The notes below the pieces were generated by a model. That model worked only from the letters and a program-made list of their open reading frames with translations. It had not been told where the DNA came from and did no database searches. A DNA stretch of 64,000 nt from Oculina patagonica (Eukaryota): assembly GCF_052425735.1 (NCBI RefSeq), contig NC_135760.1, forward strand, positions 1,612,001-1,676,000, written 5' to 3'. Each line of letters begins with the position of its first letter. Within the stretch, counting starts at the first letter, position 1. Shown piece after piece: positions 48,004 through 63,752 of this stretch. Made by a program: the position numbers and the translations under genes.

Positions 48004-49007
48004 TCATTCCAGACCCAGCAGTTCCACATCAAATATCAAGATGGCATTAGGAGGAATAGTGAGCAAGGTTAAGGAAAAGAATCAAACTACTAATAATAGC
48101 AACTGTGTTGCTCCAGAAAATACCTGGCAATACTCTCCCCCCCCCACCCCACATTATACTGCAGAGGGACCCCACTTCCCCTCTGGAAATTCCAGTTTAG
48201 GTTCAAACATTAAATTAAAAATTGTGGTATTTAAATCTCTCTTCCAGGGAGGGGGCGGGGGGGGGGGGTACTCCCAGTAGTGGCCTATACAAGGGGGCTC
48301 TGTTTGAAAGGGCTATCATTATCACTCAGGTGTAGGAAAATAAAAAGTCAAAGGATTGGGATTTCACGAGCTGAAGTATACAAAAAACTAGGCAAACTGT
48401 TATTTAGTTATTTTAAAAAGGTACCGGTATTTCAAAATATCTGAAACAGACCCAAAGAACGGTAGTCTATTTTGCAGCCGTTTTTAGTGTCGTCACGCAA
48501 GACTCCTTGTGGGGAGGAGCATTGCGTGGCGACACTAAAAACGGCTACGAGGGAGACTAGATGAATGGTTGATTTATTTAGTATTTTAAAAGTGACTGCC
48601 ATCTTCAGGTTGAAAACGTGGCTAGTAGGTTGAAAACAAGTTTAACCTGAAACCCAATTTTACCTACAACATATTATTATATGCCTAGCTGGATAGGGAA
48701 GGAGAAAGTACAATAACCTAACCAGGGCTTGAGCCCAGCTACATTAATGTAGCCTTAACACAATGCCAGAAAAATAAATGAATGTAAAAGGATATACACC
48801 AGAGACACCCCTCGCTCCATACCCATAGTCAGGAGAACAAGTCAGCTTTGCTCGTTGACCTACTGTCATCTGAAACAAAAGAAAAGAACACACATCATTA
48901 ATTTTGGTAACCAGGGTTAACATATAAGAGGGTTTTCAATTAACTAACACTGTAAAACCAAAACCAGAGTTATAACTACATCTGACCACCCATGACAGCA
49001 CATGTTT

Positions 49008-49042
<35 letters not shown>

Positions 49043-52000
49043 CACTTTTTTATAGAGGGTAAACACAAACAGTAAAAAACTGACAAACCAGTGCCCCAAT
49101 AAAAACAAAAGAAAAACTCTAACAACAAACAAAGAAAACATAAATAAAAAAAAACTAGTAATACCTAAAAAAAAAAAAAAATAAAATGATCAAATTTTAC
49201 CGCCCCTATAGGCTCCTTATGCTGGGTATCCAGAGGCGCACCTTCCGCCGACCCCCGGACAGGTCACCGTATGCCAGGAGACCCGCCCCACACAGCCCCG
49301 CCCCCGGGCCAGCAGAGGCGCAGGAGCCCCCGAGCCAAAGGCAGGGCCGCGGAGAGCGCAGGAAAGAGACGAGCCCCGCCGGGCCCCGGATCCCTATATG
49401 TTTACAAACTGGCGTTTAAAAGGGGCTTTCTCAAGGATTTTCCCAGATTTTTGAAATTTACATATGTCGTACAGAACCTAAAAATAATGGTCCATTTTTA
49501 TTAAAAATTGCTATATTAGAGCATTGAAACTATTAACAAGCATCTTTCACTGCAGATGGCTCAGATGGAAATGGATTGCAACTTTTCAAGTTGTTTCCAC
49601 ATGTCCTCAAAAAATTGATATTTTTAGCTGTAGCCTAAAATATGTATATATGTTGCAGTTAATTTTTGATCTCAGTTAATTTTTTATTTTAACTAGTTAG
49701 TTTTTTTCTAACTAGTTGATTTTTTTAACTAGTTAAATAATGGGGTTAGGGTAAGGGTATTATATATTTAAAAAAAAAAATAGTAGTTCATCCAAAGTTT
49801 CCTTCGTGGCAAAGTGGATAAGGGGTTGGACAGCAAATCCAGAGGTTGAGAGTTCAAATCCAGTGCAGGTTAGTAAAAAGGAAAAATAAATAAATGATAG
49901 TACTTAGGGGAGCGGGATAACAGCAGATAGTAGGGGAGGGTTAGTAAGGATGGGGGGGGGGGGTATGAGATATCAAGGGAGGGGAGGTGTTCTACTTTTT
50001 CTACTTATTACCGGTAACCTAGAATAAAAAAAAAACTAGTTAGAAAAAAAAACTAACTAGTTAAAATAAAAAAATTAACTGAGATCGAAAATTAACTGCA
50101 ACATATATCTATAACTTAAAAAATATGAATGTTAATACCTGGGCTACTCCTTCATCCCAACCTGAAACAAAATTTTAAAAAATGCTCATTAACAAGAAAC
50201 AACTGCTGGTACAGTTGAGTTCAAGAGACAACTGTTTTATTCCGTATGTACATGTTGTACATACATCAATATCTAAAGGTAGTTTGCATTTTTTAATTTA
50301 CGAAAAAATACCATTCGCTTTAATTAGAGGTTTAAGGGTCAAACCTCTAACTCTGTGCAAATATAGTGGAATCTGACAGCAATAATATTATTACTTACCA
50401 CAACTACTTCGCTTTCACTGCCTCCACTTTGGTTGTAACTTTTATTCAGCATTTTATCACCAGTGTTTGCAATGTAGCTTATCATATTTGGCTTATCTCA
50501 GTGCTTATATTGTAACTTTTATTTTGCATATAAATACCACTGAAACTATTGTAATAATTAGCTTGATTGCTGGTGGCTTCCACCATAAACTGTTGTGTTA
50601 TTTGCATCATTCTATACTTACAATAGAGATGTTGGAGTGATTTGAGAATACCGAGCCACTTAATTACATATCTCTGAACGCTTTTTAGAACAAAGCATAT
50701 AGGAACCATCCAAATTCAATGAGATGCAAATATAAAGTGGCCCAGTATTCAGACAGCTTAGCCAAAATGTTTCTACTTGCAGGGCTGTCACTAAGGGCCG
50801 GGGGCCGGGGATTTTCCCTGGCTACAACGACTTTGAGCCCAGGCTACTTTGATACAAAACCAAAACATTGGAAAGTGAAAAATACATCAAATGACAAAAT
50901 TGTGAATTAAAAAACAAACCAATAGTTTATTAGCACAAATTATTATTCACCTTTTAAAGAGAGCAATTTACCATTCATGCGAGACTGTGATTGAAAATGC
51001 GTAAATGTTAAACAATGCAATCTTCCTTTGAAAGCGCATGATTTTACGAGGTGTTAGTTTCATCGGATTCTCTTGTTGTCGGAGTTTCTGGTTCCACGTA
51101 AAAATGTCATCAAAAAAACGGAATGCAAAAGTGATTTAAATAAACGAAGAAAACTGGATTCCTTCTTATCTTCTGGCTCTGCTTCAAGGTAAGATTATGT
51201 TTAACTGAAGAAAAAACTGTTTGGGCTTCAGCATTTCTCTTTCAAATTGACCATGGGGTTGATGTGTGAACGAATATGCACATGACGTGGACTTGCCATA
51301 GTTGAACTATGAACAGTTTCCACACAAAAAAAGTCGGCGATCAGTTAACTGCAAACTTGCAACATTATGCATGTGTTTCCTCCTCTTGCCCGTTTTAATG
51401 CTGTTTTAATTAGCTATGCCTACACATCAATAAACACAGATCAGTCGTACAGGGCTTGTATATGCGTTCCAGAATCGATTTGATTCTGGCTTGTCCACGT
51501 ATTCTACAAACCATTTTGATGTTCCCAACACGTTCCTGACGCCATGTTTTTTTGCTCTTGGTCACAAGTTACTTTTACTCATTCCTAGTCTTCCTCAACT
51601 TCTCTCTTCTGTCACGCCGTTAGTCACAAGTCAGGCCGTTTCAAATCCCAAACTAAACGATTACTTTCAAAAACTTGTCAGAGTCTTGTCGAATGCCGTA
51701 GAGAAAGAGAAAGTAGCAGGTTACAGTGGTGTAAAAATTGCATAAAAACCAATTCATATTGGGAACAATTTTGTTCTTTTCTAAACTCTATCCCGCCCCT
51801 GCCCCCCATCAACAGCCAACACTTAAATTACCCCATTACCCCACCTACTTGAGACATAGGCACGCTAAGCGTGCAGGAGTTATTTTTTTTAATTTATGGG
51901 GTGGCTTGGGGTGAAACTGGGTGATTGTTCTGTTGGGATGGTTTATGCCATGGGTTGAACTATTTGTGTATGGCGGCCCACGGAGTCACTTTTTGCACAA

Positions 52001-54842
52001 AATTTGCTTGCAAACAAAATAATTTTCACGTGCATTTTGATACATCAGAACTGTTTTATTCAATACGTAAATTTTCATCATTTAATTGAAAAAACAAAAA
52101 CTAATTCAATTATCAAAATGTCACAAAATGGCACGTTCTTATTCTGTTTAAAGCGGTTATTTTGTTGCTAGCTTTCTAGTAACCATAACGTGTTACTTTT
52201 GTTTGTTACGGAATACTTTTGGCTTTTTGCCAAACACTGTAACACGATATTGTTGTTTTTCTCACTTTTGTAACATGACACCTTTGTTTTTTTAAAACGA
52301 ACGTAACACGATACCCTTGTTTTTCTCGAAAAAGCCACGTCTCCATATAGACATTGAACGAAAAGTACTATAATAAACGAAGTAATAAACGAATCAAATC
52401 AAAAACCACTTTCTTCGGGAAAGTTCTTTAAAGCGCACTACACCTGGAGTAATTGTTTCCTGTCAGAACTGTTCAACAAAGATTTTCGTTCATTCACAAC
52501 GTAAATTCTATTCAACAAACAAGAACTAATTGAGTTATCAAATTGTCACGGAATGGCACGCTCTTATTCTGTTTTTGCTATCGATCGTAGTTGCTTTTAA
52601 CAGCAAAGTTAATACTTGTACCGGTTCATTAAATGTTTGAACGAGATGTTTTACAGTTGATTTTTATAGTTACTTTTGCGAAGTTTGTTTGGAAATTGGA
52701 AACTTTGTTATGAAGTTGTCAATTACGTTGCGAGTTTGCAAATCAAATTGCGAACTTCGATACAAAGTTCCTAACTTTGGCCCGACTGAACTTTTCAAGT
52801 TTGGTAGTTGAGGAGAAACAAGACATGTTGCTCGAAAGTCATGGCGATTACTGAACTAGATGATTTTAGAACTGGTCAAGGAAGGTTGAAGTAGCTTGAA
52901 GTGCAAGACAACGTTTCGCATCAGCGATCACGCAAGTCATTTGCCGATAAATAAATTTTATGCATGTAGTAGAAATTTTAACTTTTTTGTATGAAAACAC
53001 ATATTTAACGATTTCTGTGAGGCATAATCTTCACTGTCTTTAATTTCAAGTCTTCTGCGTTTGTAAACCGGATGAAACTGGATGGTTTACCCATATGTAA
53101 AATTGATTTTAATCGAAGCCGATGCGACGCGACAGGGAAGACTAATTTGTTTGAGACAACATGTTAACGGCTCGCCCAACATAAAAGTTTTTCATTTTTA
53201 TGACATTTGTTTCCAACAGTTTTGCGTAGCAAAGCCCTTTTTGATAACATAATTACATAAGGTTTTAACAAATTCGGGCCAAAGTTGGGAACTTTGCATT
53301 GAAGCTCACAATTTGATTCGCAAACTCGCAACCTATTTGGCAACTTCGTAACAAACTTAATTTCCCAACGAACTTCGCAAAGCGGACGGCAAAAGTAATG
53401 ACAACATTATTCTTCAAATCTACATTGTGCAAATGTTATATGTAATTTTTAATACGGTCAGGAAAGCTAGCCTCTCCAAACGTACGCTCGAATAAGAAGA
53501 ATAACAAGTTAGTGTTGGGCCTTTTGCTCACGGCGTGTGCGTTGTAAGTAGGTGAGCGTTACGAAAAACGTTTTTAATCCAGGGTTAATTCACAACTCAC
53601 CAATTCCGCCTCCTACAAATCTAAAATCTTCGAACAAAATCGCTCACTACAACTGTGTCAGATTGCTTCCCCCTTATAAACTACAATTTGATTGGTTCTG
53701 ATAGTACCTGAAATCTGATTGGTGTGACAAACACACATACTTCACTGACCCACTGACTGATTACAGGTCCATCGCGCCGACTAAGAGCTATTTTTGAAAA
53801 AATAACTCAAAAATTAGTGACAGCCCTGTATTTGGCTAAGTGAAGCGAAGAGAAATCTAAGAGAGGTTCAAAGTTGGTCAAAACCCTATACAGTTACTGC
53901 AATTTTAGCTGTGTATACCCCCTACCCCCACTGGCCAAGATGGCGCTGAATAACAAAGATTGATTGACAGATAAATAAATTTATCATTGACTGAGTGAGT
54001 GATTGATTGACCCCATTATGAAAATTCGGATTTATTTCCATATTTGACATATTTGCATAACAGCAAAGTTTCGGGTAAAAAAGCGATCAAAGCCTCCGAT
54101 CCTGAACTACAGAATACAAGGCCACTTATGTGCAATATCATTGAATAAGAATAGCATCTACCTGTGTTATGCCTCGTTCTATAAAGCTTTCCGACACATG
54201 TAAATGAAGTGGACCAAAGTGGCCCTGAGTTCTGTGGTTGACAGCTTGTGTCGATCGTATCAGAGGCCAGCCAATTTAAGAATTTTAAGTAAGCCCAGGG
54301 TGGTATGTAGAAATGTATGGAAATATGTAATATATTTGTTTGGTGTTGTATGTTGAAATGGTAATGATAATAATAGAACTCACAGAAAAAAATTTTTTTT
54401 TTTTTTGTTTGAAAAAAAGTAAAATTTAGTTTTTTTTTATTTTTTTTTTTTAGTAAGCTTATCATGCTGCAAAATTTTACACATTACCAAAGGGTTCTAA
54501 CTTTACCTTTTATAACCTGGCCGGTTCCAATCTTGAATTTGAAAGGCCTGCCTTTATCCCTTGAAGAATCGAATTTTTTGCCATTTTCTAGCGTTCCTGT
54601 CAAAGAAAAAAGTTATAATACAAACGAAGTGACATTTTAATCTTTAGTTCAAATATGCATGTGCATAGTGTACTAAATTTTAATAAACTCACCCGTGTAA
54701 TGCACTACCACGGTCTGACCCTTCTGGGGTTTAGCTTCAAGAAAGAAAAACAAAGTTAATTCCTAAAATGTTGTAAGTGTACATTAAAGGAAGGTAGAAT
54801 ACCTCCGTCTCCCGGGTTTATCGTTTCTATCTCCACTCCCAT
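48004..54842 (-). CDS. FKBP1A: FK506-binding protein 12 (peptidyl-prolyl isomerase), 107 aa
   Basis: Exons 54842-54803, 54734-54693, 54596-54507, 50161-50139, 48869-48796 and 48058-48004 total 324 nt. Protein: [107 protein letters not shown]. Confidence 0.95.
48059..48795 (-). other. U12-type (minor spliceosome) AT-AC intron
   Basis: 5' splice site ATATCCTTTT at 48795-48786, branch site TTCCTTAAC at 48076-48068, terminal AC at 48060-48059. Splicing restores ..GV|IPPNA.. in frame. Confidence 0.93.
49009..49042. repeat. (AAT)n microsatellite
   Basis: About 11 tandem TAA units. Confidence 0.9.
49651..50103. mobile_element. TIR element inserted in (TA)n, carrying a decayed tRNA-like sequence
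   Basis: At least 60-bp TIR TGTTGCAGTTAATTTT.GATCTCAGTTAATTTTTTATTTTAACTAGTTAG; tRNA-like segment at 49799-49872. Confidence 0.75.
50780..53828. mobile_element. Non-autonomous hAT-like element (~3 kb) in FKBP intron 3
   Basis: 15-bp perfect TIR CAGGGCTGTCACTAA / TTAGTGACAGCCCTG; TSD not clean. Internal inverted repeat 52675-52785 / 53274-53381 and direct repeat ~52025-52150 / ~52463-52575. No transposase ORF. Confidence 0.65.
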
Positions 54843-56542
54843 GATGTTCAAAGTTCTCAACAGCCGACTCACTGAATTCTTCCCCGCCTGATCGAAGGAG
54901 CACCGCTGAGACACCACGTGACTCTTGTTCGACACCATAGTACTGACAAGGGCTATAAGAGTAGAACTTTTGTATGTATGCCTGCCTCCCCGGTGGATTT
55001 TCGTACTTTCAGTACAAAAACCAATCTGGGTAAAATTGTTGAAATAATTTTTTTTTTTATTCTCTTTATGTTAATCTTGTGATATAAGTCATTAAAAATT
55101 ACGTAGAACCGAGAAAAACCGATGAAAAGTAGAGTAGCATTTTTACTTACCCTACACTAGACAGTATAATATTTTGCTGATTTGTTTTGTTTGGGTCCAA
55201 GGTCCCTGCCAGCCGAAGTTTTCTTTCATGTACACACTTGAACGAAAGCAAGCAAAAATTGTTCTCAGACTGTGTCAGCTGCGTTGTACTCTTTCAGGGG
55301 ATACTTATTTAGTAACCAGAGCAATTCTCAAGTATAAGAAGGCTACGATTCACGAAAGTATAGACGCTGTATAATATAACGAATGGTTAAATCCTTGCAA
55401 GCCATCAAAACAGCTTCTTGCAGTCGCCATGAACAATGATGATTTTCATTTTCATCATGGAACATAGACTCAAATAATTTGCGGGATAACAAAGGTATGT
55501 TGGCTTACTTATTGCATGGGGCATTTCTCAGAATTGTACTTTTTGTCAACTCTATTTGTTACATTACAATTTTGCGTATATATCAGATTTGCCAAAAAAA
55601 GTTCAAAGAGAAATCTACCAGAATGTACATTTCCTTCGTCGACGTACATGTAAATATAGTGATGGGTCAATGTATATTGTCTTAAAAACTTGCTCGATCG
55701 CACACATGTGTCGATAATTGCCTTTTCCCTTGCTTATAACTTTATTTTCTAGCCTTGTAATTTTGGTTTTTGGCTTTTTGCCCAAAATATATATTTAAGC
55801 CAATACGTCAAACAAATAATCCCACAATGTCGACACATGCAACAAGACCACATGTTATGATCATGATGGTCTGTTCCAGTCAAATTAGTAATTAATTTGA
55901 AGATAAAATCTTCTTATTTTTTGGCCTTGTTGATGTCATTGAGGTCCCTGGACAGCTGTCCTGTGATTCATACAAAACCTCAAGTTGACAAACTATAAGT
56001 ATTTTAAATTCTGCCTCATCAATTCGTTTCCGTGACGCCATCACCCAGAATCGAGACCCCTGAGATCCCACTGCGCGTCGGGGCCGGACGCCCAGAAGAG
56101 CTGAATGGAGCGCACAGACAAGATGGGCGAAGGCGCACGCCTGCCGCGCGACGGAGGGGGGGCGAAGACGGGGCGCGTGCAGATCGGGCCGGGCCCCTGC
56201 CCGGCCCGGCCGCGGCGAGCGGGCGGACGAGATGGCGGGCCCCGCGTGACTCAAGTGGATGCGGCGTGACAGTGGCGTGACAGTGAAAACCACCTATTTG
56301 AGAAGACGGTCGATGTCACAATTTAATAATTTTCGTGCTTGTTCTCACATTTCTCAGTATACATTTATCTGCCTGATTTAATACCCTGCCATCAGTAGCA
56401 TGCATTAAGGAGCCCCAGTTTGATTTTTGACTCGAAAATACAATTATTGATCATGTAATTTGTAGGAAATGCTGACCAGTATGTTTTGCTCTGACCGCCA
56501 ACTCCCCCCACCCCCTTCCCGCCTCCTACCCCACCCACACCT

Positions 56543-56792
56543 GTGGGGGGGACAGGGGGGTCAGAACTTCCCGCCTCGCGTACCTTTTACTCCCACTTCC
56601 CATACCTTTAACTCCCGCCTCCTGCCCCTTTCGTAGCTATTATCTCCTGTTTGTTCCATGTCATTGCTCCCTGTCATTGTTCCATGTCATTTTCTCCCAG
56701 TTCCCGTCACCTTGAGAATCCCGCTTCCCGCCCTCTCTCCTCCCACTTCCCACCCCTTTTCTTCCGGGCTCCCGCCCCCTGTCCCCCTCCAC
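56543..56792. mobile_element. MITE with CTCCCGCC subterminal repeats
   Basis: GTGGGGGGGACAGGGGG / CCCCCTGTCCCCCTCCAC termini. Confidence 0.6.
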
Positions 56793-57154
56793 AACCTCGG
56801 GCAAGTCCAGTTTTTTCCATTTACTTTCTTTAAAAATCTTTGGATTTTGAACCACTTCACCCTTCCCCCTCCCTCCATCAAAATTTCCAACAACCTTACC
56901 TGGGATGAGTGTGCCTGAATCCTGAAACTGCAAATTTTATAGCAGGTCCATGTATAGCCAGTTCCAGTTAATAATATAATAAAGGCTGGCATATTAATGG
57001 ATGAATTAATGCCTTTTTTGCAGAAAGTTTTCCTCCAGTTTCGTGAGTGATCGTAGACAAAAACTGTTCACAATATTGGTTGAGGAATTGAACAGTTGCA
57101 ATACAGGACCAATTTTGGAACACATTGATTTCATAAACCACGTGCTCAGCATAA

Positions 57155-60046
<2,892 letters not shown>

Positions 60047-60668
60047 AATAGAATTAACATCTTCATGCTGTAATTTTTGAAATTTCTTGTGCATGTCTAA
60101 TACCGTACCTTTACCATACATTACCCTACCTTTACCATAGTACGGTACAGGTACCGTAATTTGATTTAGTAATTGGATGTTGAGAGATTCTTAGAAGCGG
60201 TATATCTGGGTGGCAGTATTGGAATTCAGGGGAACTTGAGATGTTGGAATATACTGATTAGGGGAATGTATTAGAATTAGTGGCATTTGTTATAAAAAAG
60301 TCTCTGATAATTAGGGATTGTTTTTTTCATATGGGTGCTTGATGGAAAGAGGGTGTTTAAATCAAATCATTACAGTAAAATTCGAACCAAGCTCTCGATA
60401 AGGAATTAAAGATTACAACAATTTATGATTTTTACGATCATGATCACAAATCTTATATACATGCATGTACATAATTAATGTTATTAACAAAGTAAGAGAA
60501 TTTCTGAACATAATTAGGACTACTTTTTGATACAAATTGGGCTAAACTTAGGCTAAACAGAAAGTACCCTCATGGTGACAAACAGTATTTCATTTACCCA
60601 ATACATTTAAAGGGGCTCTGTCACAGACAATTTGCAGTTCCAGAAAATATCCATACCCACCCCAAGAA

Positions 60669-60699
<31 letters not shown>

Positions 60700-62407
60700 T
60701 CATTGGAAATTCCTAGGGTTTGGGGGTCTTAAGAGTCAAAATTTTCAAAGGAAAGTATGGGGCTTAACTGGAATTTCCAGAGGGGTGGGGGGATGCAAAT
60801 CAAAAAACCTTCCATGGGAGGGGTATGGATATTTTTGGAACAATGCAATGTATGGTTAAAAATCCACCAATTGTAAACTAAGTTGGTTTTTGACAATCTT
60901 AAACTTCCTTGTGTGTAACCATACTTGTATATCTTCAGTTTATTGCAACTCTAGCCCGCAATGCAGGCATATTATGTTTAGAAACCCAGCACATCGTGTC
61001 ACCCAGCGGATCGGGATTGGGTGAACACTATTTTACATCAAAAGCAGGAGAGGCTTGGGGAGCGAAACTGTCCTAGGGAGTTATATTAGAGTGAGATTGA
61101 ATGAAGATTGGGGGGAGGGGAAGGAAAAATCCTTTTCCTCCCAATTCCCCCTCCCCCACTCCTCCTCCCCTGGCCTCGTCCTTTTGTCTCTGCCCTTTAC
61201 ATTTTTGCATCTCAGCCAAATACCTGAACAAAATTGTCCAACACTTGCACACTCACTTAATTACTTGGTGATTTCAACCTTATATAGAAAGTTGTAATTT
61301 TGAGGTTTCCTTTAGTTTGAGAGTACTTTTGTACTTAATTAGTGTGGTATAGCTCATTCAAAGCCTCACTGTAACAACAGTAACCTATTAACATTTATGA
61401 AATACAGTTACAGACTACCATGTAAATATAATTATTTGCAAGTAGGGTAATTAAGTAAACAACATTGATAGCAGGAGACAATGTTTATTTAATATATAGC
61501 TGAATGGTTTATGCAAAAATGAGTGTAAAATGATTTTGCCAGAACTTTTATGGGCAAAAGTTATTTTAATTTCATATTCACCACACCTTGACTTTATAAC
61601 TTGATGAAGCATGCATTATTTCTTTGTTTGATCACGCTCAGACAAAAGAAAACACCCAAGCTCATCTCTTTATTTGCCCTGGTGCAGGCTTATTATTTAA
61701 CCATCAGTAAGTAGCCCTGTCAAGTCCTGGCATTTTTTTGTTTAACATACTATCGGATATTTATTTAGGGATGGTAAAATTAACCTTTTTCTGTCATTAA
61801 AAGAAGTGTCACAACAGGGACCACAGAGCCAGGGTGACTTGGGCAGGAAGTGGGGCTTACCCCCCCCCCCCAAAAAAAAAAAAAATAAAATAATAATAAT
61901 ATTTCCAAAAAAATAAAGACTTTCTAAGAGGAAAGTCTCTAAAGCCCCCCACTTCAAGTCACTGGTCAGCACCCCGAATGGGAAAAATGTTCCGTGGTCC
62001 CTGGACAATAAGCTATTTTAACTTTGACTGTACAAGGTTCTGGGGAAATTAAAACAAAGGAAATCACAACTTAATATTTACTCAAAGTCTGCAACTATGT
62101 GATTTCTTTTGTTTCATTCTTTGGTCTAGCCTTGAGAAAGTTTTAATTAAGAATTGGCTTGCTGTATATGATTGTTAGTAAAAATACATCATGCTTATGT
62201 AAATATCTGAATGCACATACAGCAAAATTATAAGTAATAATTTATTATTGGCTGCTCAACTAAAGCATGGTTATTTGTTTTGTAGATATTTTTTTCTTTG
62301 GGTTATACTAATTTATAAGTGCAGCAATAAAAGGTTTTACCAGGAGCTTATGTTGTACACGTCCTTTTTTTAAAGACATCGGCAGTAACATGGGTACTTG
62401 GTAGTCA

Positions 62408-62682
62408 TAGTAAATGAAGAAGCGTACTCGGAAAAAAGATTTTCCGAGTTCCCCCAACAAAGGTCGAACCCATGACCTTCCAGGTCATAGAACCTAGTAT
62501 ATGACCTTGCTCACCACGAGTCTCCCATAGCTCAGTGGTTAGAGCGTCCAACCGGTATTCTGGAAGGTCATGGGTTCGACTCCTGTTGGGGGAGCTCGGA
62601 AAATCATTTTTCCGAGTATTCAACTTGAGAACGCTTCTTCATTTACTCTCACTTTATCCAAGTTGCCATTTCACTTTACATT
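62408..62682 (+). mobile_element. tRNA-derived element with inverted partial copy and 27-bp target duplication
   Basis: A box TAGCTCAGTGG and B box GGTTCGACTCC at 62521-62593. 62409-62484 is the reverse complement of 62560-62647. GG(C/T)AGTAACATGGGTACTTGGTAGTCA occurs at 62381-62407 and 62683-62709. Confidence 0.8.
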
Positions 62683-63482
62683 GGTAGTAACATGGGTACT
62701 TGGTAGTCAAAGCCTAAATGTAAACTTCTCTCAGGGAGTATCAATACCCCTTCTACTGGCCTTGTGCTATGGAACTAGAACCCTACCAAATCCAACAAAT
62801 TTATACAAAGTTGTGATGCCATTGTGTTATTTCATGAATTGATACCCTCCCATTGGGTTTTAGTTTGGACGGCCTCCCTCCTTACCAACCTCAATTCCAG
62901 TTTAGTTTCATACTTTCCTTTTTATACTGTAAAATGCATGATAAGCCATGGACTTACCCTACTTCAAGGTAGGTTGCATGGGTGGCTTATAACTGAACAT
63001 ATCCAGAGGGGCTTACAAGCAGCATAAAAATGTTTGAAAATGAGCTGACAGAAAAACAAGGATGCTTTCCATTTTCAAAAAGACCATCAAGTCTGACAAA
63101 CTGTGTAAAATAGAACAATATTTTCTGATTAAATTGGGCCAACCAAGCAGCACAGTCTTTCCATTTCGCATTCCTTTCCCCAGTGCCCCACAACCATGAG
63201 AATCTACTGAACTGAAATAGAAGACAATCAGTACTGGTTTGTTAAAATGGAATGGCAATTTTTGGTCCAACAGATCAAAGTGGACCTCCTCACATGGTAC
63301 CAAAAATTCTGGTCGGACCAAACCAAAACGGACCTTTTCATTTGACTTCAGAACAAAATTTCTGGTAACTATGTACCAATCACATTGAAGAATCCAAACA
63401 GTCATTCTACAAAAAAAAAAATTAATCCTACATAGTTAAAAAATTTGATTATATGCATTTGTGCAACCTTCATATGGGACTC

Positions 63483-63752
63483 AGGTGTGGTGGCCCAATG
63501 GTTCGCACCCCAGACTCCAGTTTGAGCAGTCCGGGTTTGAGCCCTTGTGTTTTTAGGCAAGACACTCTAATCTCACAGTGCCTTTCTCTACCCAAGTGTA
63601 TAAATGGGTACCGGCTAAATAATGCTGGGGGAGGGGGGGGGGGTACCTTGCGATGGACTAGCATCCCATCCAGGGAGGAGTAGAAATATTCCTAGCAGCT
63701 TAATGCAATTGAAATCGGGATAACCTCAGGCAGTATGTGCCACTTAGCTCAA
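63483..63752 (+). mobile_element. tRNA-headed SINE with Nin/Deu-like central domain
   Basis: Decayed tRNA head (TGGCCCAATGG..GGTTTGAGCCC), then GGCAAGACACT..TCTCACAGTGCC..ACCCAAGTGTATAAATGGGTACCGG and GCGATGGACTAGCATCCCATCCAGGG. Confidence 0.7.

Noticed and set aside
51104-51190. Possible first exon of a hAT transposase ([18 protein letters not shown], donor AAG|GTAAGA)
   Set aside because: It needs a frameshift, and I could not find downstream transposase exons, so it is too weak to call.
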